From Mobula hypostoma (lineage: Eukaryota), in contig NC_086109.1 of assembly GCF_963921235.1 (NCBI RefSeq), positions 4,714,001 through 4,778,000 of the forward strand: 64,000 bases of DNA. Direction: 5' to 3'. Positions within the stretch are counted from its first letter, which is position 1; every line of letters begins with the position of its first letter. Below the pieces are notes generated by a model, which saw nothing but the letters and a program-made list of their open reading frames with translations, was not told the DNA's origin and searched no databases. Made by a program: the position numbers and the translations under genes. Below are positions 1-14,021 of this stretch, one piece after another.

Positions 1-954
1 GATCATTAGCACTTCGACTTCATCATTTGCATGCAGTTCTTTTTAAAAAAACAAGGGTTTTGTTTTTTTTTTGCAGCTTCTACATAACCTTATCCTTTTC
101 ATGCAGAATAGAGACAACTTTTGGAGTGGGGAAACCATACCACCAGAACTTCAGTTTTAAAAAAAGTGGTCACTTAATGCAAAATACTTGTAATATAGAA
201 AAACAATAAATGGAACATGGTAAAAGGTTAACATTCATCAAACCGATTTTTAGCCAGCAGCTCAAACCTTGTACATGTTTAACAATTCTGTCGCTTTTTT
301 TTTGAACAGCAGCTGTTAGCTATCTGTTTTTGACCCCTTCCATTCTGCATCTGAAATCCTTTTATTAATTAAATAAACCTGCCTTCTACTCACCACTTTA
401 GAAACAGCTTGTCCCTTTGCCAACAAATTTCTGAACAGACAATCAAACAACCATGTACACTACTTAACTATTTTTGCACTACCTAATTTATTTTTATATA
501 TTTCTTAATGTAATTCAGTTTTTTATGTACTGCTCCCACAAACAACAAATTTCATGACATTTGTCAGTGATATTACCTGATTCTGATTCTCTATCAGACA
601 TCCCATCTAGTCACGTGCAGTTTGCCAACTCCAAACCCCACTGCTTTCTGCACCATGAATGGAAATCTTTTAAGATCTTTACCCCCATAGTTTTGATGAA
701 TGAACAGAACCAGAAATATTAACAACTTCATTCTCCATTGATGATGCCTGATTCACAGCCAATTTCCAACATTACTTGTTTCTCATTTACATTTCCTGCA
801 ACTGCGGTACTTGTATGTGACATGGTTAAGCAGTGGCTGTTTGTGAAGCTGACCTGGATAACTTCAACATGAGTATTAATTCACAAGCTGTTCTTCACTT
901 TCCCACCCTCAGCTGAGAAAATGCCAAATTAAATTTTATACTAAACTTATATAC

Positions 955-1140
955 CTTTGCATGTTGGAATATTCTTGTTCCATTGTCCAGTTGTCCCACA
1001 TATAAGAGAACTTGAACCAATTAATGAGAAATCATTAATACACGAAAACTTTGCAACCATTCCATATTCCCAGAATCCTCCTTGAGGTGGTGATGGTGTT
1101 AATCCATTATCAATGCTTGGAAGGTCAGGACATTTGATAG
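955..1140 (-). CDS. Gene A exon 5, CCP3 (gene continues beyond the left edge)
   Basis: Acceptor tttgttcccag|, donor |gtat, 186 nt, phase 1-1. Encodes (T)IKCPDLPSIDNG...YGMVAKFSCINDFSLIGSSSLICGTTGQWNKNIPTCK. Confidence 0.93.
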
Positions 1141-2976
1141 CTGGGAACAAATCAAATTCAGTTAACGTTCTGAATAGAACGTCCGATCAAAACTTCAAAT
1201 TTCGAAGTAAATATTACTACCACCATGTATAACGCTGAGATTAATTTTCCTGTGGGTATACTCAGCAAATCTATAGAATAGTAACTATAACGGGGTCAAT
1301 GAAAGATCAACTAGAGTATAGAAGACAACAAACTATGCAAATTGAAATATAAATAAATAGCAATAAATAATAAGAACGTGAGATAACAAAATAAAGAGTC
1401 CTCGAAAATGAGATCATTGGTTGTGGGAACATCTCAATGGATGAGCAAGTGAGCGTAGTTATCCCCTTTGTTCAAGACCGTGATGGCTGTGTGATAGTAA
1501 CTGTTATTGAACCTGGTGGTGCGAGCCCTGAGGGTCTTGTACCTTCTACCTGAAGGCAGCCGTGAGAAAAGAGCATGGCCTGAGTGGTGAGGATCTCTGG
1601 TGGTGGATGCTGTTTTCCTATGACAGTGTTTCATGTAGTTATACTCAATGGTTGGGAAGGTTTTACCCGTGATGTACTAGGCCAAATCCACCACCTTTTG
1701 TAGGATATTTAACTTCATGGTTAAAAATGAGTCATCCAGTATACGAAGTGATGCCAATCAAAACAGTGCAGCAAAACAGAGGCTGCAAACCACTCCAAAA
1801 GAACAACACAGACCCAACAGGAATGACAGCTGTAGTGCTAAAATGCTGTAGTGCATAAAAGGCAAGGCAGGGTGTTGTGGGAGATGGAGAGATGGTTGTG
1901 GTGGAAGGTAAAGAGTAAAGGACAGCTATTAACATTTTTATTAAATTAGTTCTCTGCAAATTGTTTCTACTGCAAAGATCCATATACTCCTCATCTCCGT
2001 TTCCCAGATATACAGCTTGGTAGGTGGACTGAAACCTTACGTGAGTAGTGTTCCCACAGTAAAATGAGGGATGGAATTCTAAGATTTTGAAACTGAAGAA
2101 GAAACTATATGCATAAAAATCAGGTTGCATACTGAAAGTCACCTGACTTCTCATTTCAGTGAATCATTTTATCTCTGCCATTCCCCACGAGTACAAAATT
2201 AGTCCTCTCAGCAACATAACCATGGGCCATCCACTCTCTTGACATGACGTATGCCAGTGATATTAAACCTGATACTAACTTTGATTTTGACTCCATTATC
2301 CCTTAATTTCTCAGATTGCTTGTCTAATATCTACCACTAGATGAGCAGAACTCTCCACCAACTAAATACCTGGGTGACCATAGCTGGTGCCTTCGTTTGT
2401 GTTTCAACCTCTGCCCCACAATGACCAATTCTATCCTGTTCTCTTGGACCTGTATGAAACTGAACTGCAGCAGTCATGGCACTATAAGGTTTTGATAATG
2501 CATTATTACAAATATTGACCATTTTCACTTCAGATTTCTATCCTTAGCTAATTCCATCTGCTGCTGAAACATTCAGCCAGGCCATTATTACTTCCAATTA
2601 GAACACAGAATGTTTAACAGTGCAGACCCTTCAGTCCACAATGTTGTTCCAACTTTTTAACCTACTCCAAGATCAATATAATCCTTCCCTCCCACAATTC
2701 TGTCACTTTTCTATCATCCGTATGCCAATTCTGTTATTTTCTTGTACAGGTTCTCTCATTCTACATTTTGTATTCTTTCAGGCAAAACTCTGCTCCCCAT
2801 CTGAATGACATGGTTCTTTTCACCTAGCGTGACTATGCATGCCGGCCTAAAATGAATCTCTGCTAATAACATAATTTTGAATTTCACGGTTAGTTTTCAG
2901 TGGCAGCCTTACCCCTCATCAGCTCTGATCTTCTCTAAGCTCGAATCCCTAATGTATTTGTGTTCCATCATCATCA

Positions 2977-3063
2977 TGTGCCATGTCATATGACGTGAGC
3001 GATCCTGTGCCATGTCGTATGACGTGGGCGATCCTGTGCCATGTCATATGATGTGGGCAATCA
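2977..3063. repeat. 29-bp tandem repeat, three copies
   Basis: TGTGCCATGTCRTATGAYGTGRGCRATC starting at 2977, 3006 and 3035, at the end of a SINE-like fragment. Confidence 0.8.
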
Positions 3064-3426
3064 TGGTCTATCCATGACCGTGATTGATCCTGCCAAATGT
3101 TTTTACAGAAGTGGTTTGCAGTTGCATCAACCCATCAGTCCACCTAATTTAATCACGCCACTATTTCTGGCTATGATTATATACTCACTGGCCACTTTAT
3201 TAGGTACACCTGCTCATTAAAATAAATATCCAATCAGCCAATGATGTGACAGTAACTCAATGCATAAAAACATGCAGCCATGGTTAAAAGGTTCAGCTGT
3301 TGTTCAAACCAAACATCAGAATGGTGAAGAAATGTGATCTAAGTGACTGACCATGGAAAGATTGTTGGTGTCAGATGGGGTGGTATGTCAGAAACTGCTG
3401 ATATCCCTGGGATCTTCACACACAAC

Positions 3427-5804
3427 ATAGAAACATAGAAAATCTACAGCACAATACAGGCCCTTCGGCCCACAAAGTTGTGCCGAACATGTCGCCACCT
3501 TAGAAATTACTAGACTTCCCCATAGCCCTCTATTTTTCTAAGCTCCATGTACCTATCCAAAAGTCTCTTAAAAGACCCTATCGTATCTGCCTCCACCACC
3601 ATTGCCGGCAGCCCATTCCACTCACTCACCACTCCCTGCGTAAAAAATTTACCCCTGACATCACTTCTGTACCTACTCCCCAGCACCTTAAACCTGTGTC
3701 CTCTTGTGGCAACCATTTCAGCCCAGGGAAAAAGCCTCTGACTATCCACATGATCAATACCTCTCATCATCTTATACACCTCTATCAGGTCACCTCTCAT
3801 CCTCCGTTGCTCCAAGGAGAAAAGGCTGAGTTCACTCAACCTGTTTTCATAAGGCATGCTCCACAATCCAGGCAACATCCTTGTAAGTCTCCTCTGCACC
3901 CTTTCTATGGCTTCCACATCCTTCCTCTATTGAGGCGACCAGAACTGAGCACAGTACTCCAAGTGGGGTCTGACCAGGGTCCTATATAGCTGCAACATTA
4001 CCTCTTGGCTCCAAAATTAAATTCCACGATTAATGAAGGCCAATACACCATATGCCTTCTTAACCACAGCGTCAAACTGCACAGCTGCTTTGAGCGTCAT
4101 ATGGATTCGGACCCTAAGATCCCTCTGATCCTCCACACTGCCAAGACTCTTACCATTAATACTCTATTCTACCATCATATTTGACCTACCAAAATGAACC
4201 ACTTCACACTTATCTGGGTTGAACTCCATCTGCCACTTCTCAGCCCAGTTTTGCACCCTATCAATATCCCGCTGTAACCTCTGACAGCCCTCCACACTAT
4301 CCACAACACCTCCAACCTTTGTGCCATCAGCAAACTTACTAACCTATCCCTCCACTTCCTCATCCAGGTCATTTATAAAAATCACGGAGAGTAAGGGTTC
4401 CAGAACAGATCCCTGAGGCACGCCACTGGTCATTGACCTCCATGCAGAATATGACCCATCTACAACCACTCTTTGCCTTCTGTGGGCAAGCCAGTTCTGG
4501 ATCCACAAAGAAATGTCCCCTTGGATTCCATGCCTCCTTACTTTCTCAATAAGCCTCGCATGTGGTACCTTAGCAAATGCTTTGTTGAAATCCATATATA
4601 CTACATCTACTACTCTTCCTTCATGTGTTTAGTCACATCCTCAAAAAATTCAATCAGGCTTGTAAGGCATGACCTGCCCTAACATAGTCCTGACGAAGGG
4701 TCTCGGCCTGAAACGTCGACTGCACCTCTTCCTACAGATGCTGCTTGGCCTGCTGCGTTCACCAGCAACTTTGATGTGTGTGACTATTCCTAATCATATT
4801 ATACCTCTCCAAATGTTCATAAATCCTGCCTCTCAGGATCTTCTCCATCAACTTACCAATCACTGAAGTAAGACTCACTGGTCTATAATTTCCTGGGCTA
4901 TCTCTACTCCCTTTCTTGAATAAAGGAACAACATCTGCAACCCTCCAATCCTCCGGAACCTCTCCCGGCCCCAATGATATTCAAAGATCATCGCCAGAGG
5001 CTCAGCAATCTCCTCCCTCGCCTCCCACAGTAGCCTAGGGTACATCTCATCCGGTCCTGGTGACTTATCCAACGATGCTTTCCAAAAGCTCCAGCACATC
5101 CTCTTTCCTAATATCTACACGTTCAAGCTTTTCAGTCTGCTGCAAGTCTGCACTACAATCACCAAGATCCTTTTCCATAGTGAATACTGAAGTAAAGTAT
5201 TCATTAAGTACCTCTGCTATTTCCTCTGGTTCCATACACACTTTCCCACTGTCACACTTGATAGGTCCTATTCTTTCACGTCTTATCCTCTTGCTCTTCA
5301 CATATTTGTAGAATGCCTTGGGGTTTTCCTTAATCCTGCCCACCAAGGCCTTCTTATGGCCCCTTCTGGCTCTCCTAATTTCCTTTTTAAGCTCCTTCCT
5401 GTTAGCCTTGTAATCTTCTAGATCCCTAACATTACCTAGCTCTCTGAACGTTTTTTAAGCTTTTCTTTTCTTCTTGACTAGATTTATTACAACCTTTGTA
5501 CACCACGGTTCCTGTACCCTACCATAACTTCCCTGTCTCATTGGAATGTACCTATGCAGAACTCCACACAAATATCCCCTGAACATTTGCCACATTTCTT
5601 CTGTACTTTTCCCTGCGAACATCTGTTCCCAACTTAAGCATCCAATTTCCTGCCTGATAGTCTCATAATTCCCCTTACTCCAATTAAACGCTTTTCTAAC
5701 TTGTCTGTTCCTATCTCTCTCCAATGCTATTGTAAAGGAGATAGAATTATGATCTCTATCTCCAAAATGCTCTCCCACTGTGAGATCTGACACTTGACCA
5801 GATC
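3427..5804 (-). mobile_element. 5'-truncated degenerate CR1 LINE
   Basis: Broken ORF2 pieces ([30 protein letters not shown]); (TTTCTATG)n tail at about 3427-3440. Confidence 0.92.
4686..4781 (+). mobile_element. Penelope-like terminal fragment inserted in the CR1, starting at a minimal hammerhead motif (4686-4721)
   Basis: Same sequence as the termini at 24040 and 29770: AGTC-CTGACGA-AGG..CCT-GAAA-C-GTC-GACT. Confidence 0.8.
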
Positions 5805-6789
5805 TGACGTTCTCTGGAGTTTACAAAGAATGATGTGAAAAAGAGAAAAAAAACATCCAGCGGATGGAAACATCTTGCTAATGAGAGAGGTCAGAGGAGA
5901 ATGGCCAGACTGATTCAAGATGATAGGGAGGCGACAGTAACTCAAATAACCACACATTACAACAATGGTGTGAAAAGGAGCATCTCTGAATGCATAACAT
6001 GTTGAACCTCAAAGTGGGTGGCCTACAGGGGAAGAGCACACAGGTTCTATTCTGTACCTAATAAACTGGCCGTTGAGTGTGGATGCCCATTCACAAACAA
6101 AAAAAAAATTGCAGATGCTGGAAATTCAGAGCAACACACACAAAATGCTGGAGGGACTCAGCAGGCCAGGCAACATCTACAGAGAAGAGTAAACAGTTAA
6201 CATTTCAAATTCAATAAAGTCAGAGGGCAGCAGAGATCACAGAGGGGGAGCAGTGAGGAACAGCTTCACTGAACTCGTGTCGAAGGGAAAATTTAAACTT
6301 CTTCAGGGTAGGGATACCTCAAAAAAACTTTGCTGTAGTAGTACCTAGTCCCAAAACATTAACTGTTTACTCTTTTCCAGAAATGCCACCTGGCCTGCTG
6401 ACTTCCTCCAGCATTTTGTAGATGCCCAATGTTCCGGCTCAAGGATACCCTTCACTTTCTCAGCCTCTCTCTTCTTCAAGGTGCTTTTAAAGCGTACTTT
6501 ATCCTTGCCCATTTTTCTAAACTTTACCTAAATTGATGTCAAATTTTATTTGACACTACTCCCAAAAAATGTGTTACACTGGGTTAATTCATTCAAAAAT
6601 ATTATCTAAATACATGCAAGTGATGTTGCCAAAATACCAGTGAGACCCCAACAAATTGGATCTGTTTCTGAAGGATTTGAATCTGCTAAAGAGCCAGCAG
6701 AAGAGATTTAATTAGATTGCTTTCAGTACAGAGGGGTTTCAGCTACATATTTAGACTGGAGAAATTGGGGTTGTTCTGCTTGGAGCAAA

Positions 6790-9125
6790 GTGAGCAACTT
6801 ATCTACAAAAGGATGTGCTAGCATTGGAGATGGTTCAGAGGAGGTTCACGAGAACGATCTTGGCAATTAAACGGTTAATGCATGAGGAACATTTGATAGC
6901 TCTGGTATGTACATGTTGGAGCTTAAAATAAAGGGAATATCAGGAAACTTATCAAATATTGAAAGGCCCAAAAAGAGTGTGTCCTATAGTGTGGGAGTCC
7001 AAGACCAAGGGCATAGCTTCAGAATGTCAGGATATCCCTGTAGAACAGAAATGAAGAGGAATTTCTTTAGCCAGATGGTGGTAGATCTGTGGAATCTGTT
7101 GCCACAGATGGCTGTGCTTGCCAAGTCATTGGGTATGTTGAAACTGGAGGTTCATAGGTTTTTGATTAGTAAGGGTGTTAAAGGTTACAGGGAGAAGGCA
7201 GGAGAATCGGGGTGGGAGGAGTAATAAATCAGCCATTATGGAATGACAGAGAGGACCCAAGGGGCAGCGTGGCTAAATTCTTTTCATACGTATAACCATA
7301 TAACAATTACAGCATGGAAACAGGCCATCCCAGCCGTTCTAGTCCATGCTGAACTCTTACTCTCACCTAGTCCCAGCGACCTGCACTCAGCCCATAACCC
7401 TCCATTCCTTTCCTGTCCATATATCTATCCAATTTAACTTTAAACGACAACATAGAACCTGCCTCAACCACTTCTGCTGGAAGCTCATTCCACACAGCTA
7501 CCACTCTCTGAGTAAAGAAGTTCCCCCTCATCTTACCCCTAAACTTTTGTCCTCTAATTTTCAACTGTTGTTTGAATCTTCCCCACTCTCAATGGAAAAA
7601 GTCTATCCACGTCAACTCTATCTATCCCCCTCATAATTTTAAACACCTCTATCAAGTCCCCCCCTCAACCTTCTACGCTCTAAAGAATAAAGACCTAACT
7701 TGTTCAACCTTTCTCTGTAACTTAGGAGATGAAACCCAAGCAACATTTTAGTAAACCTCCTCTGTACTCTCTCAATTTTATTGACATCTTTCCTATAATT
7801 CGGTGACCAGAACTGTACACTTCTATGGTCTTATGACCAGAAACAATAGCATACAACTAAAATGTAATCTTTCCATAAGCCAAGTCAATCATCCAGAACA
7901 AAATACTCAGCCCTCTAGTCAAAAGGGAACTAGTACTTACTTTCACATGTTGGAACCTGGCCATCCCATCCACTGGCTAAACACAACCGGTATGATCTAC
8001 CAACAATCATGTACCTATATAAAGGGAAATAATAATCCACTGTTTAAACAATCAATTCACACAGAAGAAGCTGGATAACTTTAGTCCGCACCTGTAATAA
8101 CTATAGTTGATTTGAACAATTTCTATACCGACTTGCAAGATTTGGTTTAATTTCACACTTAAAGGTGAAGAAGGCAAATGCAATGTTAGGAGTCATTTTG
8201 CAAGGACTAGAATATAAAGGCAAAGATGTAATGTTGAGGCTTCATAAGGCACTGGTGAGGCCTTGCTTGGAGTATTGTGAGCAGTTTTGGGCCCCTTATC
8301 TAAGAAAAGATGTGCTGACATTGGAGAGGTTTCAGAGGAGGTTCACAAAACTGATTCCAGGAATAAAAGGCATTTGTAGACTGATTGATGGCTCTGGGCC
8401 TGTTCTTGCGAGAATTCAGAAGAATGGGGGAGGGGATCTCATTGAAACCTATTGAATGTTGAAAAGCCTTGATAGTGGATGTGGTGAGGGTTTTTCCTAT
8501 AGTGGGGGAGTCTAGGATCAGGGGACACAGCCTCAGAGTAGAGGGACATCCATTTAGAATGGAGATCAGGAGAAATTTCTTTTGCCAGAGAATCTGTGGA
8601 ATTAGTTGCCGACAGCTGTGGAGGCCAACTTATTGGGTATATTTATGGCAGAGATTGATAGATTCTTGATTGGTCAAGGCATGAAGGGATATGGGAAGTA
8701 GGTAGGAGATTGAGGCTGAGAGGGAAATGGATCAGCCATGGTGAAATGGTGCGGCAGACTCAATGGGCCAAATGACTTAATTCTGTTCCTATATCTTTAA
8801 TTAATGAAAGGGTTAACAGTTGCTCAATCCCATGATTCTTCAAGATTTTTTTGCTTCAGTTTCCAGCTTTGGCAGTTCTTTGTGTCCCTATTATTCTATC
8901 GGTCTGGCCCCTACTTAGTTGGTCATATGACATAGGTGTCTGCTGACATGAGACAGAATGCACATAATATCTCCCTCTGACTTGTTACCATGATTGCGTA
9001 CAGTTCTGGTTGCCCCACCACAGGAAGGATTTATAGGCTTTGGAGAGGGTGCAGAAAAGGTTTACCTGGATTAGAGGGCATGTGCTACAATGGGAGGTTA
9101 GACAAACTAGGGTTGTTTTTTCTTT
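6790..9125. mobile_element. Cluster of old CR1 3' fragments (about 6790-7290 +, 7295-7820 -, 8160-8800 +, 8995-9125 +) flanking exon 4
   Basis: Remnants of LVRPCLEYCEQFWAP and NFFTQRVVAVWNELP motifs; boundaries approximate. Confidence 0.8.
7941..8014 (-). CDS. Gene A exon 4, second half of split CCP2
   Basis: Acceptor tttccctttatatag|, donor |gtaagt, 74 nt, phase 2-1. Encodes (G)YMIVGRSYRLCLASGWDGQVPTCE and joins exon 3 in frame. Confidence 0.92.
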
Positions 9126-10639
9126 CATCAGAAATCAAGAAGGGTTTCCATCCAAAACATCGACTGTTTATTAATTTCCATCGATGCTGCCTAACCTGTT
9201 GAGTTTGTTTATCTATCTCTCTCTCACCCTTGACATGGGGCAGAATAAGCCCTTTTGACCCTCTGGGCCACTCCGCCCAGCAATCCCGATTTAATCCTAG
9301 TCTAATCACTGGACAATTTACAATGACCAATTAACCTACCAACTGGTACGTCTTTGTGATGTGAGAGGAAACCGGAGCACCTGGAGGAGATCCACGCAGT
9401 CACAGGGAGAACATATAAACTCCTTACAGGCAGTGGTGGGACACTGAGTTTAAAAATCAGGAAGTTATGTTGCAGCTTGATAAAGCTCTAGATAGGTCAC
9501 ATCTGGAGTTCCGCAAACAGTTCTGGTTGCCTCACTATAATGTTAGCCAGAAAGAACTAGTCTACAAATCAGTGAATTCCAATGCATCAAGGATGGTGAA
9601 TCAATTGTCTTTGTTCTGCCATGAGGTCAAAGGAATGGGGGCTGCCATTTTGTGAAGCTGCTCTGTATTCTCCATTCTGTGAACTGCTTGTGCTTGGCTG
9701 AGTAACTATTTTAAAGTTGACACAATGATGTTCCAGGTAATCTGCTAGACTAGAGATAATTTCTAAATAAGAAATTATTTGTGAGGTATTCGTGGTTAGA
9801 TATATGCAGGTTTGTGAATGGTGGCATCTGTGTCTGCCCTGAATGATTTGACCTGATTACTGCTTTGGTAACTGATTTAGAACAAACAGCCATATAATTA
9901 CCAGTTGTCACTTGCAGAAGGGCAATAAGAAGGCGTTATAGGTCTGTCAGATAACCCATAGCCAATGACATTAAAAAAATGACATTTGAACTGGTAATGA
10001 ATGACAATAAAAGCAGAGGCTTTGAATAGAAAGTATTGACAACTCCAGAGATTAACCATCGCAGATACAACTATGAGCAACCCTATGTGGAACTTGTGGA
10101 GAGTGGATCGGGACTATGAGGAACACCTGGCCCGCATAGACTCGTTTGCCCAGGTCCTCTGATATACTGACACCCAGGAATTTAAAGTTACTGACCCTCT
10201 CCACCTCTGATGATTACTGGCTTATGGACCTCTGGTTTCCCTCTCCTGAAGTCCACAATCAGTTCCCTGGACTTACTGACATTGAGTGAGAGGTTGTTGT
10301 TATTGCACCACTCCGCCAAAATTTTAATCTCCCTCCCACATGCTGATTCATCACCACCGTTGATACAGCCCACAACAATGGTGTCATTCAGCAGAAGTGC
10401 TAAAATGCTTAATACTGGAGACATGTTTTTAAGGTGAGAAGGGGTAATTTCAAAGGAGATGTGAAGGACTATTTTTTTTTCAAAACACAGAGAGTGATGG
10501 GTGCCTGGAATGCGCTGCTGGGGTGGCGGTAATGGCAGATACATTAGAGACTTTTAAGGGACGTTTCAATAGGCACATGAATGTGAGGAGAATAGTTTAG
10601 TCAGCCATTTGATTGCTAATTTATTTGGTTCAACACAAC

Positions 10640-11892
10640 ATGCTTTGAGAGGCTGGTCAAGGACAACATCTGTAGCATGCTACCACCCACACTGGACCCC
10701 CTACAATTCGCCTACCAATACAACCAAATGACAGAAGATACAATGCCTACAGCTCTACACATTATCCTTACACATCTGGAAAACAGGAATGCTAATGTGA
10801 GAATGCTGTTCTTGAACTACAGTTCAGTATTCAACACCATTGTTCCCTCCAGGCTCGACAGGAAGCTCAGAGACCTCAGCCTTCACCCTGCCTTGTGTAG
10901 CTGGATCCTGGACTTCCTGTCAGATCGCTGGCAGGTGTTAAGAGTGGGCTCCCTCACATCTGCCCCTCTGACCCTCAACACAGGTGCCCCTCACGGCTGT
11001 GTATGAAGCCCTCTCCTTTACTCTCTGTATACCTATGACTGTGTCACCACCCACAGCTCCAATCTGCTAATTAAATTTGCTGACGACACTACACTGATTG
11101 GCCTAATCTCAAATAATAATGAGATAGCCTACAGGGTAGTCATCACCCTGACACAGTGGTGTCAAAAAAACAACCTCTCCTTCAATGTCGCAAAAACAAA
11201 GGAGCTGGTTATGGACTACAGGAGGAATGGAGATGGGCTAACCCCTAATGACATCAATGGATCTGAGGTTGAGGGGTGAACAGCTTTAAGTTCCTCGGCA
11301 TAAACATCACCGAGGATCTCACATGGTCTGTACATACCGGCAGTGCCACAACAGTGCCTCTTTCACCTCAGATGGTTGAAGAAGTTTGGTATGGGCCATC
11401 AAATTCTAAGAACTTTCTACTAGGGCGCAATTGAGAGCATCCTGACTGGCTGCATCACTGCCTGGAATGGGAACTGTACCTCCCTCAACTGCAGGACTCT
11501 GCAGAGAGTGGTGCGGACAGCCCAGCGCATCTGTAGATGTGAACTTCTCACTATCCAGGACATTTACAAAGACAGGTGTGTAAAAGGGTCCGAAAGATCA
11601 TTGGGGACCCAAGTCACCCCAACCACAAACTGTTACAGTTGCTACCATCCGGGAAACGGTACCGCAGTTTAAAAGCCAGGACCAACAGGCTTCAGGACAG
11701 CTTCTTCCACCAGGCCAACAGACTGCTTAATTCAAGCTGATGCAATTGTATTTCTATGTTATATTGACCATCTTGTTTTACATAATATTTATTACAAATT
11801 ACGATCAATTGCACATTTAGACAGAGACGTAACGTAAAAATTTTTACTCCTGATATACATGAAGGGTGTAAGTAATAAAGTTAATTCAATTC
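10640..11892 (+). mobile_element. Rex1/Babar-like LINE 3' fragment
   Basis: LPPTLDPLQFAY, FNTIVP, TGAPHGCV and KFADDT RT motifs; AATAAAG plus (AATTC)n tail. Confidence 0.8.
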
Positions 11893-13566
11893 AACATCTG
11901 GGAGGAAAGGCCTGTTCCTGTGTTCTGTTACTTATAAGCCAGAACAGACGTACTGTATGTTGGAGACATAGAGACTACAGATGCTAGAATATGGTGCAAA
12001 AGGAAAACAAACTGCTGGAGGACTTCGCCAATCAGGCAGCATTTGTGCAGGCAAAGGGATGGTCCAACGATTCAGATTGAGACCCTGCATGAATCCCAAA
12101 GGAAGGCTTCAACTGCAAAATCAACCATCTCTTTGCTCCCATAAATGCTGCCTGCCCTGCTGTTCCTCCAGTATTGTTTGTTACTCCAGATATCTACATT
12201 ACTACATTAACAGTCTTTGAATGAAACAATCCAAAAGTGTAGCAAAAAGCTGAAGTTGATAGCAGCTTCATGTGGAAATAGACTGTTAGGACATATTCTG
12301 GAATGAGGGTCTTCAGCAATCAATTAGTCCTGAATATGGATTGTGGATTAAATTTAAAATGCAGCCCTAAACAAGGGTTACCTGGAGCTATGGACATCAG
12401 TTAATTGAAAACCAGACAATGCTGATTAACATTCATTTTGCATGTCTGACATGTGGGTGCGAAGGAAGTGGTGTGAAAATTATATGCCATTCCAAGGAAG
12501 CATTGTAGATACATTATAACTATAGAATTATCCTTTGATCTTTAGCATATAAAATGTCACGTAATATCGGGTCGAATAGGCCTCTTTCTTCGAGAGTGTC
12601 TCATTTTGTTGAAGAAAACACTTCTGTATCCACTAGCTTCAGTGTCTCTCCGGTGACTTTGTTTACATTACAACATGACAATAGTGGAAGATGTGCATTT
12701 TAGAAAGAAGTGATTAATGAGGTATTTTACAATATCAATAAAGTGTAGAAGGACAAAAATTTGGTGATTAACTAATGGTTGGTGCAATCGCTTAACTGTG
12801 CCTGCAATCACCAGTTGGGGTTCAATTCGCGCCGCTGTCTGTGAGGAGTCTTCATGTTCTTCCCATGACCGAGTGGGTTTCCTCTCACAAAGACATATGG
12901 GTTAGATAGCAAGTTCTGGACATGCTCTGTTGTGGCAACATTTGTGGGCTGCTCAGCACAATCCTCATTGATTTGATGCAAACTATGCATTTACCATGTG
13001 TTTTAATACTCGTGTGAAAAATAAAATTAATCTCTCTTACAATTCTTGAATGAGACGAAATATAGAATTAATTAAAAAAAGTATTGATGGAGATAAAGTT
13101 TAGCTTCATTTGTCACATGTATATCGAAACAAACAGTAAAATGCATTGTTTTGTGTCAAATCAAATCATCAAGGATTATGCCTGGCAGCCTGCAATGTCG
13201 CCATGCTTGCACCACCAACAGAGTGTGTTCACAACTCACAGATCCTAACCATACATCTTTGGAATGTGGATGGAAACCAGAGCACCCAGAGGAAGCCCAC
13301 AGTCCCGGGGAGAAGGTACAAACTTCTTATAAGTAGCAGCAGGAATTGAACCCTGATTGGTCATCGCTGGTGCTGTTAATATTACTGTAAATAGGGACAA
13401 AGAATACAATAATCAGGGCTTGTACTGAATTATGCTAAAGTTTCTTTGGCTGGTGCTTCAAGGCATAAAAATATTGTTTGTGCATCTTAATTATTAACAC
13501 TGAAAGGAATTAATCCATCACATGAAACCCATCATTCTTTTAGCCATTTATACAATAATTACTCAC

Positions 13567-13663
13567 CCTGTATCACAAAAGAATTTAACTTTGCTTCCAA
13601 AAGTAACAGCTTCTGCCTCATAATATCCATTTAAAATGTCGCCAGGACTACCACAGCTCTTTG
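13567..13663 (-). CDS. Gene A exon 3, first half of split CCP2
   Basis: Acceptor tctccctctctgtctag|, donor |gtgagt, 97 nt, phase 1-2. Encodes (P)KSCGSPGDILNGYYEAEAVTFGSKVKFFCDT(G). Not in the ORF track. Confidence 0.92.
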
Positions 13664-13794
13664 CTAGACAGAGAGGGAGAAACTGGGTATTGTTAAAAAT
13701 TAAATCTAAAACCCAGATCGTCAAGTCTTATTTCATACAATATGGTGAATTTTTTTTGGAAATAACAATGGGTCGCTGCTGTATTTTCTTAGCC

Positions 13795-14021
13795 ATAGAG
13801 CACTACAGCACAGAAATAGGCCCTTCAGCTCACCTAGTCCATGCTGAACTATTAATCTGCCTAGTCCCATCAATCTGCACCTGGATCAGAGCCCTCCATA
13901 CCCTTCCCATCCATGTACCTATCCAAATTTCCCTTAAATGTTGAAATCAAGCCTATATCCACACTTTCGCTGGCAGCTCGTTCCACACCCTCACCACCCT
14001 CTGAGTGAAGACATTTCCCCT
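13795..14021 (-). mobile_element. CR1 3' fragment, left part (continues at about 22441-22700)
   Basis: The CR1 tail sequence breaks at 14021 and resumes collinearly at 22441. Confidence 0.8.

Larger units (their letters stand above)
3182..6079. mobile_element. Deleted Tc1/mariner-like DNA transposon interrupted by a CR1
   Basis: Terminal inverted repeats (T)ACTCACTGGCCACTTTATTAGGTAC at 3182 and GTACCTAATAAACTGGCCGTTGAGTG ending at 6079; TA on the left flank. Confidence 0.75.

Noticed and set aside
1732..2154. 140-aa minus-strand ORF with a hydrophobic end and STTTISPSPTTP
   Set aside because: No recognisable domain. The nearby AG/GT pair (about 2041-2092) is not phase 1-1 compatible with the CCP exons.
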